A stretch of DNA of 64,000 nucleotides, taken from assembly GCF_009914755.1 (NCBI RefSeq), contig NC_060926.1. The stretch is one strand, 5' to 3'. The notes under the pieces were generated by a model that was given only the letters and a program-made list of their open reading frames with translations, was not told the origin of the DNA and did not search any database. Made by a program: the position numbers and the translations under genes. Of this stretch, positions 29,041 through 45,079 are shown piece after piece (the first letter of the stretch is position 1; each line of letters starts with the position of its first letter). Origin of the DNA: the human T2T-CHM13v2.0 reference genome, Homo sapiens.

Positions 29041-29330
29041 GAAATTAATCATCGGAACACCCATGTGACTAATTCTTTAAACATTTGGGGAGAATACAAT
29101 ATACAAGGAAATTTCAGTGGCCAAACATAATTTCATATTACAACAAACTCTTTATCTGTTTCTTACATATGAAGCTGGGTATGCTGAATCAACCTCTCCC
29201 CTTCAACACACACTTTTGTCTCTCCTCTCTTTATTCTCCCTCCCTCTTTTCATTTACCCAACTAACTTCTGCTCACCTCCCTGCCCTTCTCTTGTCTATT
29301 TCCCTCATATATTTCAGCTTCTCCGGGGCC

Positions 29331-29809
<479 letters not shown>

Positions 29810-30199
29810 TGAATACAAATCTTGTTGCTGTACTGGGGATGATCAAGCTTCTCTGTTTCTGCCTGTGCCACCTTGTCCCTCTTCTCCCTAGCTCTGTAGG
29901 GGTGGGAATAAGTGAGTGTGCACAGTTAATGTGTGTGTTTGTCCATTTGTGTATTCAAACAGGAGTTGGTAGCAACCAATCAGATTAGATGGCCATGGCC
30001 TAGAATGAATGGCTGACCAATCAGAACAGCTGTTACTCTTATCCCAGAACATACCAGCTAAGTATTGGCTCTATAAATATCACTTATATGCGTGGTCATT
30101 CATTGTCTAACTATATGTTCATTCATAATTCCATAATTGTGTCGTGTTTATATGAACTTAATTACCTATATAGGCTTTAATAACTTTTGTTGGAATAAA

Positions 30200-30880
30200 A
30201 AGTGCATAAAACCAAATTTACCATCTTAATAATGTATGCATGTATAGGTTCAATAGCGTTAGGTACATCCACATTGTTGTTTAACAAATCTTCAGAATTT
30301 TTCATCCTGTAAAACTGAAACCTTCTACATTTAGATAACTCCCCAATTCCCCCTCCCCACAGACTTTTGTTTCTATGAGTTTAGCTACTATAGAAAACTC
30401 ATATAAATGAAATCAGATAATATTTGTCTTTTTGTGTTTGGCTTACTGCATTTAATGTAATGTCCTCAAGGTTCATCCATGTTGAAGCATGTGTCAGAAT
30501 TTCCCTTCTTTGTAAGGCTGAATAATATCCCATTGTATGTAACATATTTTGTTCACTTATGTAGCTGTAGATGGATTCACAGATTGTTTCCACCTTTTGG
30601 CTACTGTGAATAGTGCTTCAGTGAATATGGATGTGTAAATTGCTCTTCCGTATTCTTCTTCAATGCTTTTGGATATATATCCAGAAGTGGAATTGCTGGA
30701 TAATATGATAATTCTCTTTTTAATGTTTTGAGGCACTGCTATATTGTTTTCCATAATAGCTATGCCATTTTGCCTTCTTACCAAAAGTACACAAGCATTC
30801 CAATTTCTCCACATTCTAGCCAACAATTGTTATTTTCTGGGTTTCTGGTTTTGCTTTTTAAATTTGACAGTAGCCTGCCT
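30200..30880 (-). mobile_element. L1MB/L1MA 3' end, antisense
   Basis: aatgtcctcaaggttcatccatgttg, aaggctgaataatatcccattgtatg, ccagaagtggaattgctgga. Confidence 0.85.
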
Positions 30881-31772
30881 AGCCCTGTAGTAGCATATAG
30901 TCTTTTGACTTCATATTCTTAGCACGGTCTTGAACTCATAGTAAGCACTTAATTAAATCAACAACAACAAAAATCACTATTAGCAAATTACACTGATGGA
31001 GTAAATATTCCTTTGCTGATAACTAATTTCGACAAAAAGATTGAAATATATAATATACTTTTATGAATACATTGAAAGTTCCATGCAGGACCACTAGTTC
31101 ACATTATTTACACATGATCAAGAACTACACAGCAACTTCCTGATGCATTATTAATTCCTTGTGGATGCCTTCCTGCTTTTCTATGCTTATCCATAAATGC
31201 ATGAGTGCTTAATTTAATCTGATGTCACTCCCCAAAGCTGGTGCAGAGCTGTACCATTCCTGCTGTCATGGTTAAGAAGGTCAAGTGGCATCGACAAAGG
31301 AGGCCTGAACATGAGGACATGCTTCTGGTTCAGATGTAATTATAATGATATAGTCAAATTAATATTAAATTTATGAAAGCTGCATTTTACAAATAATCTA
31401 TTTATTATTTAAAGGCATCCCTGGGTTCTCTCAAGCCAGGACTGCTGCTCTGACAGCGGAGGAATGCCAGGAACAGAGAGCAGACAAATTGTTCAGCGTG
31501 GTTTAATTTTTTATGCATGTTTTATACATAAGTAAATTGGAACATGGAGATTAGATCACACTCCAGCTGTTTCTTTTTAAACTGTCTTGTCCCTTCTAAG
31601 CTACTCCAAGACAATAATCAGCGCTTTCTTCTCCCTGGGGTTATATATGAACACAGTGCCAAAGGGATATTAACCTGAGGCAAGTGGATGCATGTTTCCT
31701 CTTCAGGCAATGGTCACCATGGATGCTTCCTTTGGCTACTGCCATCAAATTGCTTTTCAGCTTTTTCTTGAG

Positions 31773-32054
31773 TTTTTTTTTTTTAATTTATTTTTTTTTG
31801 AGACGGAGTCTCGCTCTGTTGCCCAGGCTGGAGTGCAATGGAGAGATCTCAGCTCACTGCAAGCACTGCCTCCTGGGTTCAAGCAATTCTCTGCCTCAGC
31901 CTCCAGAGTAGTTGGGATTACAGGCTCCTGTCACCATGCCCAGCTAATTTTTGTATTTTTAGTAGAGACGGAATTTCACCATCTTGGCCAGGCTGGTCTT
32001 GAACTTCTGACCTCGTGGTCCACCAGCCTCTAACCTCTGCTGGGGTTAGAGGTG
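31773..32054 (-). mobile_element. AluS with a degraded 5' end
   Basis: Alu sequence with a poly(T) head. Confidence 0.92.
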
Positions 32055-33787
32055 TTTTTTATAAAAGTGAGAACCAGCAAGGTTAAACCAATTGCCAAAG
32101 GTTATCCAGCATGTTGCTGTGTGAGGCGAAACTAACAAAGCAGTTTATTATCCTCTGCTCTTAATTAGGTCATACTAAATGTAATCAGAAATTATTTTCT
32201 CCAAGATAAACTTTTATTTCAATTTGCTAGTACAGAGCTTTTATCTTCCATGCACTTTCTCTGGATGAAACAAATGCTGAAAGAGATGAACATAGAAACA
32301 GATCCATCTCACTACAATAGCTGTTTAAAGTTGTCTATGGAGAATAATGTCTATAGGCAAACAAAATAAGTCACATTACAGGTATTCATTGATTGTTTTT
32401 TATATATAAGTTGCTGTTTAGGCAATCTCAAAGATTAAAAACAATATCATGCAAATGCATGGTGTGTATGCTGAAGGAGCATATTCACTGGCTATAGAAA
32501 GAAGATGCAAAACAATCCTAACTCCCCCAAAAAACTCAAACATCTTGTGTGACAAGTGCATCCCCAAAGCTACTGTCAATATAAGGACCACCCTAAACAG
32601 TGCCTTGCTTTATCTAGCACCTGAGAGCCTCCCCTTCCTGAATGCAACCTCTGAACCTGCTTCCTTCTCAAATATCCCTTTCTTGTAAAGAATGCTAACC
32701 CAGGGAAGATATGTGCATGACTGACTGTGGAGGGGCTTAAATGTGATGCAAACATTTGGACATCGTCATGTTTATGAAATCAACCAGTGATGCATAAACT
32801 GAAAAAGAGTAGTGAATTGAGTTCCTTGGATAGATGAGGTTCAAGATGTTTTGACATGTTATCAAAATCCAATAAAGTGACTATGTTATATCAATAATGC
32901 AGAACACTGCATAATTTACAAGTACTCATTAGGAGGCTGATGATCACATTCCTTGAGAAGTTGAGGCAGCCGCTCAAATACGTTTCTTCAATTTCTTTGG
33001 CAGCTATAATGGGAAGCTGGCATCTGTATGACTTTTTTTTCTTATTGAAATCTTAATAGACTTGTGTGTCTCCTACTTATGACTTACAAGCCGCTTGGAG
33101 CACCATCAAAAAAATACTCTATAAATACAAAGGCCATATTTTTCTTTAGTTTTAAATGTTGTATTTCCCTCTATCATTGTAAGTTGTGTTTTTAATCTTC
33201 ATAATTTATTAAGTGATTTTCTCTTTTAATATCATTTAATATTTCAAACATCTTTCCACAAATAATTGGGCCATTATATTACTGGATATGCAATGGTTCG
33301 CTAAATTGTAGCTATTTCTCAAATAGCTTGGCTCAATAGGATGAGGAATCCTCTAAAAAACACCAATTATTGTATACCCTTAAATTGGATTTGATAAGGA
33401 GGAAACTACCTTTGAATTATGTTCACTTGGATTTAGAAATCTTCAAACAAATGTATTTATTCATCTATGAACATTTAAGTGGAATAATTTAAGAGACGTA
33501 AAGTGCTCCATTATCTTCAGGATGTTGGTTTCTTCATCTGGAGAATCAAATATTTGATCCAATTAGAAGAAAAGAAACAGCTGCAAATGATATCAATATT
33601 AAACAAAACAAACAAGCAATAACTGCTATAGAAAGTTTAAAGAGATTTGTGTGGACAAGAATAAAAAATTATAAATCACTAAATAATATACATAGATTAT
33701 TTCATATACAACCTCCGAATTTTGTCAATCTTAAATAATGAGATAGTTAATTTTACCAAAGTTAATTACTAGGAAATGTTCTTCCTG

Positions 33788-34066
33788 TTTTTTTTGTTGT
33801 TGTTGTTGTTTTTGTTTTTTTTGAGACAGAGTTCTGTCGCCCAGGCTGGAGTGCAGTGGCATGATCTTGGCTCACTGCACCCTCTGCATCCTGGGTTCAA
33901 GTGATTCTCCTGCCTCAGTCTCCTGAGTAGCTGGGACTACAGGCACCCACCACCACGCCCGGCTAACTTTTGTATTTTTAGTAGAGGCGTGGTTTCACCA
34001 TTTTGGCCAGGATGGTCTCGATCTTATGCCTGCTGGGATTACAGGCATAAGCCACTATGCCCGGCC
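33788..34066 (-). mobile_element. AluS with a left-arm deletion
   Basis: Alu dimer; flanking direct repeat attact(a/g)ggaaa. Confidence 0.92.
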
Positions 34067-34377
34067 ATTACTGGGAAACTTTCTATGTGCTAGGCACTAT
34101 GCTATATGGTAAGAAAAAAAATTAGGGATGACAGTTTGCTCTGGCAGATATGAGTTCAACCGAGGTAATTGCCATACAAACAAATATTGCTAAACTTAGA
34201 ACAAAGTTAAAATAACAAAGTCATGACTCAAACATGAGGTGTTCAAACGGAGGGATTAACTGAGATTTGTTTGAGGTGATTAGGGGACAGGAATGTATGC
34301 TAATGGATGCATTTGCTAGGATTATTTTGTGTAAGGGACAGGGTATAACAGGATTTATTTCACCTTTGAAAAACAGA

Positions 34378-34833
34378 GTTACATTTGTTTCCTGTTGTCA
34401 TTATAACAAATTACCACACATTTAGTGCCTAAGGCAATACACATCGATTGTCTCACCATCATGGAGAACAAAGGTCTGTTGGCAGGCGTCCATTTTGTTC
34501 TGAGGGCCCTAGAGGACAATCCATTTGTTTCCTTGCCTTTTCCACCTGGATGCTTTGACTGATGGTTCCCTTCCTCCATCTTCAAAGCCACCAAATGCTT
34601 GACTTTTTCCTCCCCTCTCAGTTTTCTCTTACTACAGCTAGAAGAGTTTCTTTATTTTTACGGATTGAAGAGATTAAATTGACCCCTCCTGGATAATTCA
34701 TGATGATCTCCTCATGTCAAGGTCTTAACTTTAATCACATATGACAAATCCCTTTTGCCAGGTAGGGTAACATATTCACAGGTTTCTGGGGTTAGGATGT
34801 CGACATCTTTGGGAGAACATTATTCTGCTTACC
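34378..34833 (-). mobile_element. MaLR LTR (MLT1C-like)
   Basis: ataacaaattaccacaca, ccttcctccatcttcaaagc, gtaacatattcacaggtttctggggttaggatg. Confidence 0.8.
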
Positions 34834-35036
34834 GGAGATAATTTAATGTGTGTAAAATTTGTGTTTTCTTTCTTTTCTTAATTAGCCAATTTTTTCCTGT
34901 TGACCAAGTTGGAAAAGCTTTTTGTTAGATACCAATAATAATAACTCTCTACTTTAAAGGAACATAGAGAGGAAGAGATAGATAGAAATAAATATATATG
35001 CAGATATGCCTATGTGTACAAAGGTGGCATGTGTGA

Positions 35037-35378
<342 letters not shown>

Positions 35379-36049
35379 CTAACATTTTCTAAATTGTCTA
35401 ATATTGGGTTGTCTGCAGAAGAGATATTTAGTAAATACCTACTGATGAATAAAGTTTCATCTCTTTTTGCTATATATATATTTTTAAATTTTTGAAGCTT
35501 TAGAAAGTGACAACCATGGGTGCTCAAACTGTAAGGAATATGTTGAGATTGTCCCATTTTATCAATAAAATCACAGACAAAGCATAAAACAAACAATTTC
35601 TTGCACTATATTCATCACTCTCTCTAATCTTGAGCACCGATGAAAAATACAGGCACCAGTCTCCTGAGCCTAATTCATCATATAGTCTAACCCAAATAAG
35701 GAAATTCCTCCCACTGTGCCCTGTCCTGTGGTGCCCACAACTGCGTACTGATGGTGTTGCCTTATATCTCAACTCGTTTCTGCACATATGGGTAATTCAC
35801 GTGAGTCATGTGTCTAACGACATTGACAACTAGACAGGTTTTGCATTATAGCCTCACAAGCAAGAGAAAGGGAGGTAGCTCTGCTTGAGTTATGGTGTTG
35901 TGCCAGGAAACAAAAACCAGCAGACCCTGTGGCTATAGTCATCAGCTCAAATAAATACTTCTTGAATAGGGGTATAGTAGGCAGTAGTATTTGTTGACTA
36001 ATGTATAAGGAACACACACAGACACACACATACACTGCACGCACTTCAG

Positions 36050-36590
<541 letters not shown>

Positions 36591-36859
36591 CAGAACATAT
36601 ACATAATATAGTCTAAATTTGAATTTTGCTCTATAATATAGTATACTGTCAATGTACTTCTAGTCAAGTACACTTCTCAGATGCAGGAAGAGACCATGAA
36701 AATTTATCTTTTTTAGATTTCCAATACATTAATTAAGATAATGTTTGACCTGATTTATACATTTTACAATATTTGCATTTAACTACTAGAGGGTTTTTTC
36801 TGATAACATGTTTATTTCAAAATTTTCTTTATGTGTATTTGAAGAACAAATAAAGATAT

Positions 36860-36908
36860 CATACTCATCATGGTTCTCCAGAGAAAAAGAACCAACAAAA
36901 ACACATAA

Positions 36909-36951
<43 letters not shown>

Positions 36952-37398
36952 TATTTATTATAAGGAATTGGCTTACATGATTATGGAGGCTGAGAAGTCT
37001 CACAATCTGTACAATCTGTAGTGTGCAAGCTAGAAACCCAGGAAAATTGTTCATGAAGTTCAAAAGCCTGAAAGTCAGACAGTTGATAATATAGATTCCA
37101 GTCTATGTTTGAAGGTCTGAGAACCCTTCAGAAACACTGAGGGCAGGAGATTGATGCCCTAGTTGAAGCAGTTAGGCAGATAGCAAATTCATTCTTCCGT
37201 CACTTTTTTGTTCTATTCAGGCCTTCAAGGAATTGAATTATGCTGAATCACATGGGGGCAGCAATCTGCTTTACAGAATCCACCAGTTCACATGCTAATC
37301 TCTCTTGGAAACCCTCATACATACCCAGAAATAATGTTTTAGCAAATATCTGGGCATCCTGTGATTCAGTCAAGTGGACACATACAATTCGCTATCAC
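36860..37398 (-). mobile_element. MLT2 (ERVL) LTR with internal (CA)n
   Basis: ggttctccagagaaa..(CA)n..atttattataaggaattggcttacatgattatggaggctgagaagtc...caagtggacacata..atcaca. Confidence 0.85.
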
Positions 37399-37980
37399 AT
37401 TTCCTGTCTGAATGGGAGGCCAGAGCCATATATAGCTTCCCTATTCTTTCTTTGCTAGTATGAACCTCATTAACCCACTGGTTAATAAATATATAACTAT
37501 GCAAATATCTTGTTTAATCAATCAATATCATAGTTTTCAATAACTTTGCATTTTTAAAAATTATTACGTCTGTTTATATCTGTAGATTTGAAGTTTTAGA
37601 GTTTTTAATGCATGCTTTAATCCATGTCTGAGAACATGTGTAACAATTTAAACCTCTACTAGTATTGCATGAATATGCCCATATTTATGCCTACTGGATT
37701 TCATGTTTTGCCTAATCAATCTGATTTAAATTATGCTGTAATTTTAATCTGTATTATGAATGTAATGTTAATCTGTATTATTGATTTTATTTCCTTGAGC
37801 AGCACTTTAAAATATGATAAAAAATCTTCACGTTGTACAATCCAGAAAAGAAACAGGGATGAAAGGAGAAATTTTCAGGCAGAAAGAAGCCAATCAATCT
37901 TGAACTTCAGGGATTCAGCTGAAGAATATTTCTTGCTAGAACTAGGAGTTGATCAGATAAATGTCAGGTACACATGCATG

Positions 37981-38366
37981 TGTTATGGTCATCCTGGAAG
38001 AGCAAGAAGGGGCCCCACCCAAGGTTCATTTGGCCTGATGACACCACACACACCAAGAGGCTATGATAAAGGTTTTACTTACAGAATTGAGGCCTTAAGG
38101 AGAGGAGGGCAGGTCTCTCAAGCAGTTCTGAAATATCTTGGGAGAGCAAGAAAGGCCTGGGTGTTCATTGCATTTAGCGTATGGGACAGTCCTCTGGTGC
38201 AGTCAGGAGCTTGTATGGTTCTAATTGCCCACTGGCACCAAAGAAGGAAACCCCAGCCTTTTTCATCGGCTTGCCCATTGTGGGGCACAAGGGGAAGAGG
38301 AGAGGGTGAGACTTTAAAGCTGCCAGCAATTAGATATCAAAAAATGGGGCCACGTTCCTCCTTACA
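37981..38366 (-). mobile_element. Solo ERVL-type LTR (MER54-like; family tentative)
   Basis: TG...CA ends; 5-bp TSD gcatg / gtatg at 37976-37980 and 38367-38371. Confidence 0.65.
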
Positions 38367-38824
38367 GTATGTCTCTGTGTGGTTTACCCACCGTCAACTA
38401 CTATCTCATATGTGTGTGTAATTCTGTTCTGTGTATCTACGAGTAACTCAGTTTTATGGAATTGCTTTGTTTGCTTTCAGCCTTTGTTTTCTATAGCTTC
38501 AGTAACAAGTCCTTGATTTGCTGTCTCCTTTCCTTTGTTCACAAGCATCTCTGTTGCCCTTGAGAACTAATTTTATTTTTATCTTTGCATAATCTGGGAA
38601 TCTAAAAAATTTTGTTATGTTGAAAGTGTTTCTAAATCCCATTTCCCAAAAAACTTAATCAATAAAAGAAGTGTTTTGCGTTCAAAAAATAAGTCAATCA
38701 CTTTCATATAACTTGTGTTAAGACAGTTCCCAAATCCAGTTTCTAACTCCTAGTCCTTTAAATAGCAACCTTGTGAAGAAGAGGATGACAATGTCTACTG
38801 CAGGCAATCTCAGATCTCCCATCT

Positions 38825-39110
38825 TGGGAGTCAGCATTCTAAGATAGTTTTCAAGATTCCCAGTCCATAAAATATGTGCCCTGTATTATTCCTGGGTTTG
38901 TGAATATAATTAAAGAGTCATGTCCCTGATGAAGTTATGTTATACCACATCGTTGATGTCAAAAAAGGGAGAATTTAGATTGACGTGACCTAACCAGATG
39001 AGCCCTTAGACAGCACTGAGGTCTTCCTAAAGGAGATGCTCCATTGCTGGCTTTGAAGATGGAAAGGCTACCTTCACTGAGCCTACAAGTGTCTAAGGAA
39101 GTTATGGACA
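38825..39110 (+). mobile_element. MaLR LTR fragment (MLT1E-like)
   Basis: cagcattctaagat..caagattccc and ccattgctggctttgaagatgg. Confidence 0.6.
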
Positions 39111-40224
39111 GCTCACTGGATCCTCATTAGTTCCTTCCTGCAGCTCAATCTCCTTTGACTTTTGACTCCAGTGACTAAGAATAGTGTTTATTGAGGGACC
39201 CTGCTTTGTGCTACGCACTGTTTTTCAAATAGTCACAGTTGGAGACTGAGCTGTTGGCGTAAGATTTCTGTCATGGTCAAAAATGTTCTCGAACTTCTCT
39301 GACGCCAGTCAAATAAAACCCATGAGCACAGCATCCTCTTTATTTTAGGTAAAACCTCATTGGTGACCCTAAATGATATGACTCAGCTGGTGATGTACAA
39401 TATCTCTCAAGCTTGCCCCCTGAGACAGGGTTGGGATGGAGAAATTCGCCAGTGGAAGAAATCTGTCTGATCCTGTGAAAGCTAAGATATCCAGAATAGC
39501 TTCAAGCATCTGGATATTTTAAAAGCTGGCCACACTCTTTAATTCAATAGTTTTCAAATATGTGCTTCCTTGGATTAGTGAAAAATATTGATTTCATGTT
39601 TCAAGATTGGTTAAAAAGGTATGTGGTTTTATTAGCAAAGTTCTCTAAAGTGCTGAAAAAGCAAGAGAACCTACTACCAAAAAACATAAACCGGAATGAT
39701 AGCTAAAATTGTATTGTTTTAACCCACTTAACGTATCTCTGATTATCTAAAGAATGTATGTACAACTGTACTTCTTTGTTACTTTATGATTGTCCTGGAT
39801 TTTCTCTGTCTAGGCTAACTTGATATCTGTGCCATCCTCCCCAGGCCAAACTCTCCTCTTGCCATGAAGTTCAGTATTTCTTAGGCCATCAGAGAAAAAG
39901 AATTAAACCAACATATACTAAGCATCTACTAGCCGTCAAGTACTGTGCCTTCGTGCCTTTTTGCCTTTTGCATAGAAGGCCACATGTCAGTTCCAGTTAG
40001 GATTTTTTGAGGTAGGCACGAATTTTACCATTTTGGAGGGGAACAAACTGAGGATAAAAGAGGTAAATCACTTGCTCTAAAGTCACTATTCACTGCAATT
40101 ATCCATGTTTCTTCATTACAAAATGTTAATTTTAAGAATCTATGATAAGTTAACTGATGTTGCTCTGACTTCAATACATTTAAATAGTCTCGGTTTCCTA
40201 CAAGAGGAAAAAAATTACCTGGAT

Positions 40225-40544
<320 letters not shown>

Positions 40545-42167
40545 CTAACTGTCTCTTCATAACAATTGTGCCCCTGAATTGGGGTTGCCACACAAAAGCC
40601 CACAAAAATAAAAACACCATTATGATCATTCCAAACCATTCTCCTCCTAAATGAATTAAAATCTAAGACACACTGAAAGACCATTGGAAGCCATTCTTGA
40701 GTTTATGTCTAGCACCTTTGAGAATAGAAAGAGGAGGAAGAAAATGAGATTGGTACCACTGGTCTCTCCAATTCAGGCAACATGTCTGAGGCACATAGAA
40801 TTACTGACAAGACGCAACGCGAGACTCAAATCTCAGTCAAGCTGTTCGTGGAAGCAAGGTGAGGACATGACATAGAACATCCAGGAACCTGTCTCACCTG
40901 TGATCTCCACAGGTGCTACAAGCCAACTGTGAGCAGCTCAGAGTCCTTCACCCATGCGTTCCTTCTTGCTCCTGCCTAACCCTGCAAGACGTCAGCTTCC
41001 TCTCTGCAATCATTCACCTGGCTCAGGCCTGATCATTCTGATGGGAGAGTAGAGGTACAAAATCGTGGGAGAAGAGCTGACGTTTATCCCTCTTCAATCC
41101 ACGATTCCATCCATCTGTAAAAGATGATAAATAATAACTGCTTTGCAATGCTGTGAAAATTACGTAGAAAACACCTCTCTCAGTGCTCTATATGCATTCT
41201 TTGAGTTTAGTCGTATCATTTTTAGAGGGGAAATTTCATTTCATCTAAAAAACTGGCTGCCGTTATCTCATAGGATGAATTAGTTAATTTCCGTCTAACC
41301 CCTCAGACAATGAGAGACAATTAAATAACAGACACATTATATAAAATTAAGTGCTTTAACAGTGCCTTGCACATAGCCAACATTACCCATACATATAATA
41401 AACTACCTAAGCATGTACATATAATCTATCCATTAGCCTATTTTCTATGTATTTATGTATCCATTTATCTGTGAAGAGGGACAAGAAAGTAAATCCATTT
41501 TATGTAAGTTGGTGTAAGTGATCTTTCAAGGACGGGATACAGAGAGATATATAAAAACAAATAAAATAAGCCCTTTAGGGATGTATGTGTAAGAATTATA
41601 CAAAAAAGGCTTAGAAATACTCAAAAAATATAAAGTGCAGGCCAAATCTGAGATGCAGTTGGAACACATTCTGTGTGCTCAGAAGAGGGAGAATTGCAGG
41701 CTAAGGAAATCAGGAAAGCCTTTGGAATATGGAACTTAAAAGATGAATAAGGGAGATTACTACTGTTTGCCAGGCACTAAGGATGGATATAGATATTTTG
41801 TATGACTTATCTCCCCAATTTTCACAGCACCAGAAGGTGGATAGTACTTATCATCATTGTAGAGATGAAAAAACTAAGACCAAGCTCATACAGCTGCTGT
41901 GAAGCAGAGCAGGCATCCTGGACTCACAGTCCTTTATTCTTCACGAGATGCTGCCTCTTCAAGGAAGAACAGAGACCTGGTTGGGGAAATGGCAAACTCA
42001 AAGATGTATCGGGGAAAGGGGGAGGAAAAGACATTTTATTGAAGTAAAAGGCAGGTATGAGATAGTTTTGGCTTTTATATTTATTTTAAGATAAAGGAAA
42101 AAAAGAGAAAATGTAATCATTATAGAGTGTAGCACAAATCAGCATTTTTGAAGTGTTTTGTACATAA

Positions 42168-42345
42168 ATCAATAGCTAAAAGAGAAGACTGAAATGTTCT
42201 CACCACAAGGAAATAATAAACAATTAAGAAAATGGATATGCTAATTCTCTAATTTGATCATTTCACAATGTATACATGTATCAAAATATCACCTTGTACC
42301 TCACAAATATATGCAATTTTTGTCAATTAAAAATAAAATAAAATG
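42168..42345 (+). mobile_element. L1MA 3' end fragment
   Basis: aaatgttctcaccaca..atggatatgctaatt..aatgtatacatgtatcaaaatatcac..gtcaattaaaaataaa. Confidence 0.8.
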
Positions 42346-42359
42346 TTCAAAATGAAGAA

Positions 42360-42790
42360 AATAGAATAAGACAAAAGTGATGGAATGTTGCTTTCAAGAT
42401 TGTTTTATAAAAGACTGATTTCTGTCTGGAACACTTTCTCTGGTCATCTAGCTTGCTAGCTTTTATGATGTTAACTGCTATACAGAGAGGCCCACTGGCA
42501 AGGATCTGAAGGCAGCCTTTGGTTAACGGTGAAAAAAATAAGGTCCTCAGCCCAACGGCTCACAAGAAACATCATCAGGCCACATGAGTAAGCCTGAATA
42601 AAGTCATTCTCAAATCAAGCCTTGAGATGAAACCACAGCTCCTGCTGACATCTTGCTCACAGTCTGTTGGACCCTGAAGCAGAGGGTCACAGCTCAGCTA
42701 CATCCAGATTATAGGTATACAGAAAATGTGAGATAATGAATGCCGTTTCAAACCACTTCATTTTAGCAATCATAGCAATAGAACCCTAGC
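42360..42790 (+). mobile_element. MaLR LTR (MLT1F-like)
   Basis: agagaggcccactggcaagga, caagccttgagatga..cagctcctgctgacatctt, cagaaaatgtgagataatgaatg. Confidence 0.7.
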
Positions 42791-43170
42791 ACATCATGCT
42801 TTGGGAGTTTAAACTTTATTGTGTTTTTTTATGGGTACACGTACACAAACACACAGATACATACACCTTAGCAATCTCATTACTTTTTTATAATTTGGAC
42901 AGTCCAGTGTACTGTCCAATTTAGGTACATATTTCCAAAATAAGACATGTTCTCAGGTGCTAAAATGAGTTGAATACCCTTAGAAATTAAAATGGAGCCT
43001 GGATACAAAATAACTCTCAAATCTCACAAGCATTAGGCATAAGAGAAGCTTATTAAATTGTAGTTCTACTAGAAAAAGAAATCCTGAAAATCAAGAAGAT
43101 AACACTTTTTTTTTTACAATACAGAAAACAATCTTCTACAAAATTCAATGCATACTCACAACATATTTTC

Positions 43171-43475
43171 CTTATTTTTTATTTTATTTTTTTTGAGGTA
43201 GGGTCTCACTCTGTTGCCCAGGCAGAAGTGCAGTGGTGCAGTCATGGCTCACTGCAGCCTCAACTACCTGGAGTAAAGAGATCCCCCTGCCTCAGCCCCG
43301 AGTAGCTGAAACCACAGCTGCCTGCCATTATGCCCAGCTATTTTTTTTTTTAATTTGTAGAGATGAGGTCTTACTGTGTTGCCAATGCTGGTCTTGAACC
43401 CCTGAGGTCAAGCAATCCTCCCAACTCAGCCTCCCAAAGTTCTGGAATTATAGGCATGAGCCACTGCATCCAGCC
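43171..43475 (-). mobile_element. AluJ
   Basis: Diverged dimer (gcagtcatggctcactgcagcctcaac). Confidence 0.92.
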
Positions 43476-45079
43476 ATATCTTTTAATGACAACATTGCAG
43501 GGCTAATTCAATTTTTCCTGGAATGATTTAATGGCATTTATTGTTATTGTCCTCACCTACAGGCAGTGGCAGTATCTAGTTTTCCCTCTCAAAATGTTCA
43601 GGGGATAATATTCAGTATCTTTAATTAATGAGATTCCAGGGCCATCAACTCGGCATCTCTGTAAAGACATAAAAATAACAAGACAAACAATAGAAAATAG
43701 GCAACACAAAGGAAAGCTGAAGGTGTCAGTGAAACTTCTCTAACACAATACACTTTAAAGAAATATGTACTTTAACAATCCTATCGGATTTTTTATTGTT
43801 AACTGAAATTATAAGTTGCAGTAGAGCTGAGAAATGGAACTTTAACCCAAATAAAGCATGGCTATCTAGCCGGTTAATTCAAGGGGCCCAATCTACTGAT
43901 TTCTTCTCAGAACATGAGGCAGAGGCCATGCAGTGTTCGAGGTGAGAAGTTTCCAACTGTGCAGTAATTGCTAGTAGCACACAATAAACAAATGTTCTTA
44001 CCAAAAGGCAGATAGACTGAAATTGCTAGAGCCAGGACAATAAATGCACAGAGAAATGAATTAAAGAAATACATTCTAATTGAATGCATTGTACAACTTA
44101 TCACCACAGACCAAAGCTAATACTTAATATAATTCTCAGAAAGCAGGAGAACATGCAATAATCTGACACGTGCAACTGCATAAACGGCATAAAATTAAAT
44201 GCAGTGGAACTATAAAGTAATGAGACTGTTGAGGTGTATATGTGTTTACGTTCAAGTATATGCTTGTACAAAAATGTAGCAGGAATTAGAACTTTAAATG
44301 AGTGCTGGTTCTTTTCCTTTGGAAAAAAAAAACCATGTGTATTGCAGTGATATCACACATGTCTTAGTTTAGTAGTAATGAGTATTTTTACTTAAGGACC
44401 CCTCAGAGGCAGTTGCTGAGGCATGCCCTAAAATAAAATGTTCACGGGGTTAGGGGGCTGGGGGCAGGTAACCTAACTAATCTTCGCAGATTGCCTAAAA
44501 TAAGGAAAACATGATGGGGTCAGATAATCTGGAAAGTGAGTACTCCGCATATAGAAGACACCTCCACTCAGCCCAGGCTAAGTGATGCCATAAGGGCCCT
44601 CTATTACCAGACTCTTATTTTTCAAGGGAAGTTAGAAATCTTTATTTAATGTAAATTTTCCTGATTTTTAAGTTAGTAATTAATCCAAGTATAAAATTAT
44701 TTTGCAGACTAAAATGCTTAAGGAAAACAAAACACATCTATGGTTTAGATTCAGCCCAAGATGATTGCTGTATAATCAGTCCATGAATTCCAATTACAAC
44801 TCAACACTCAATACAACTCAACACTGCTTGATTGAAAGCAGTGGCTGGTTGATAAGATAGGAGAAAGAGGTAGTGTTTGTAGTGCTACAGAGAGCAGCAT
44901 ATGGAAAATAAATGTAGGGGCAGGACAGAAGGAAATAAGACTGAGGCACATTTTGAAGGCCAGTAATCTAAGACTAGAGTAACAGCAAAACGTCTTTTTT
45001 TTTTTTTTCAGAGGAAGATATACACAATGGAAAAAAATCAAGGATAAGGCTAAAGTAATAGAATTAGATGTAACTATTT

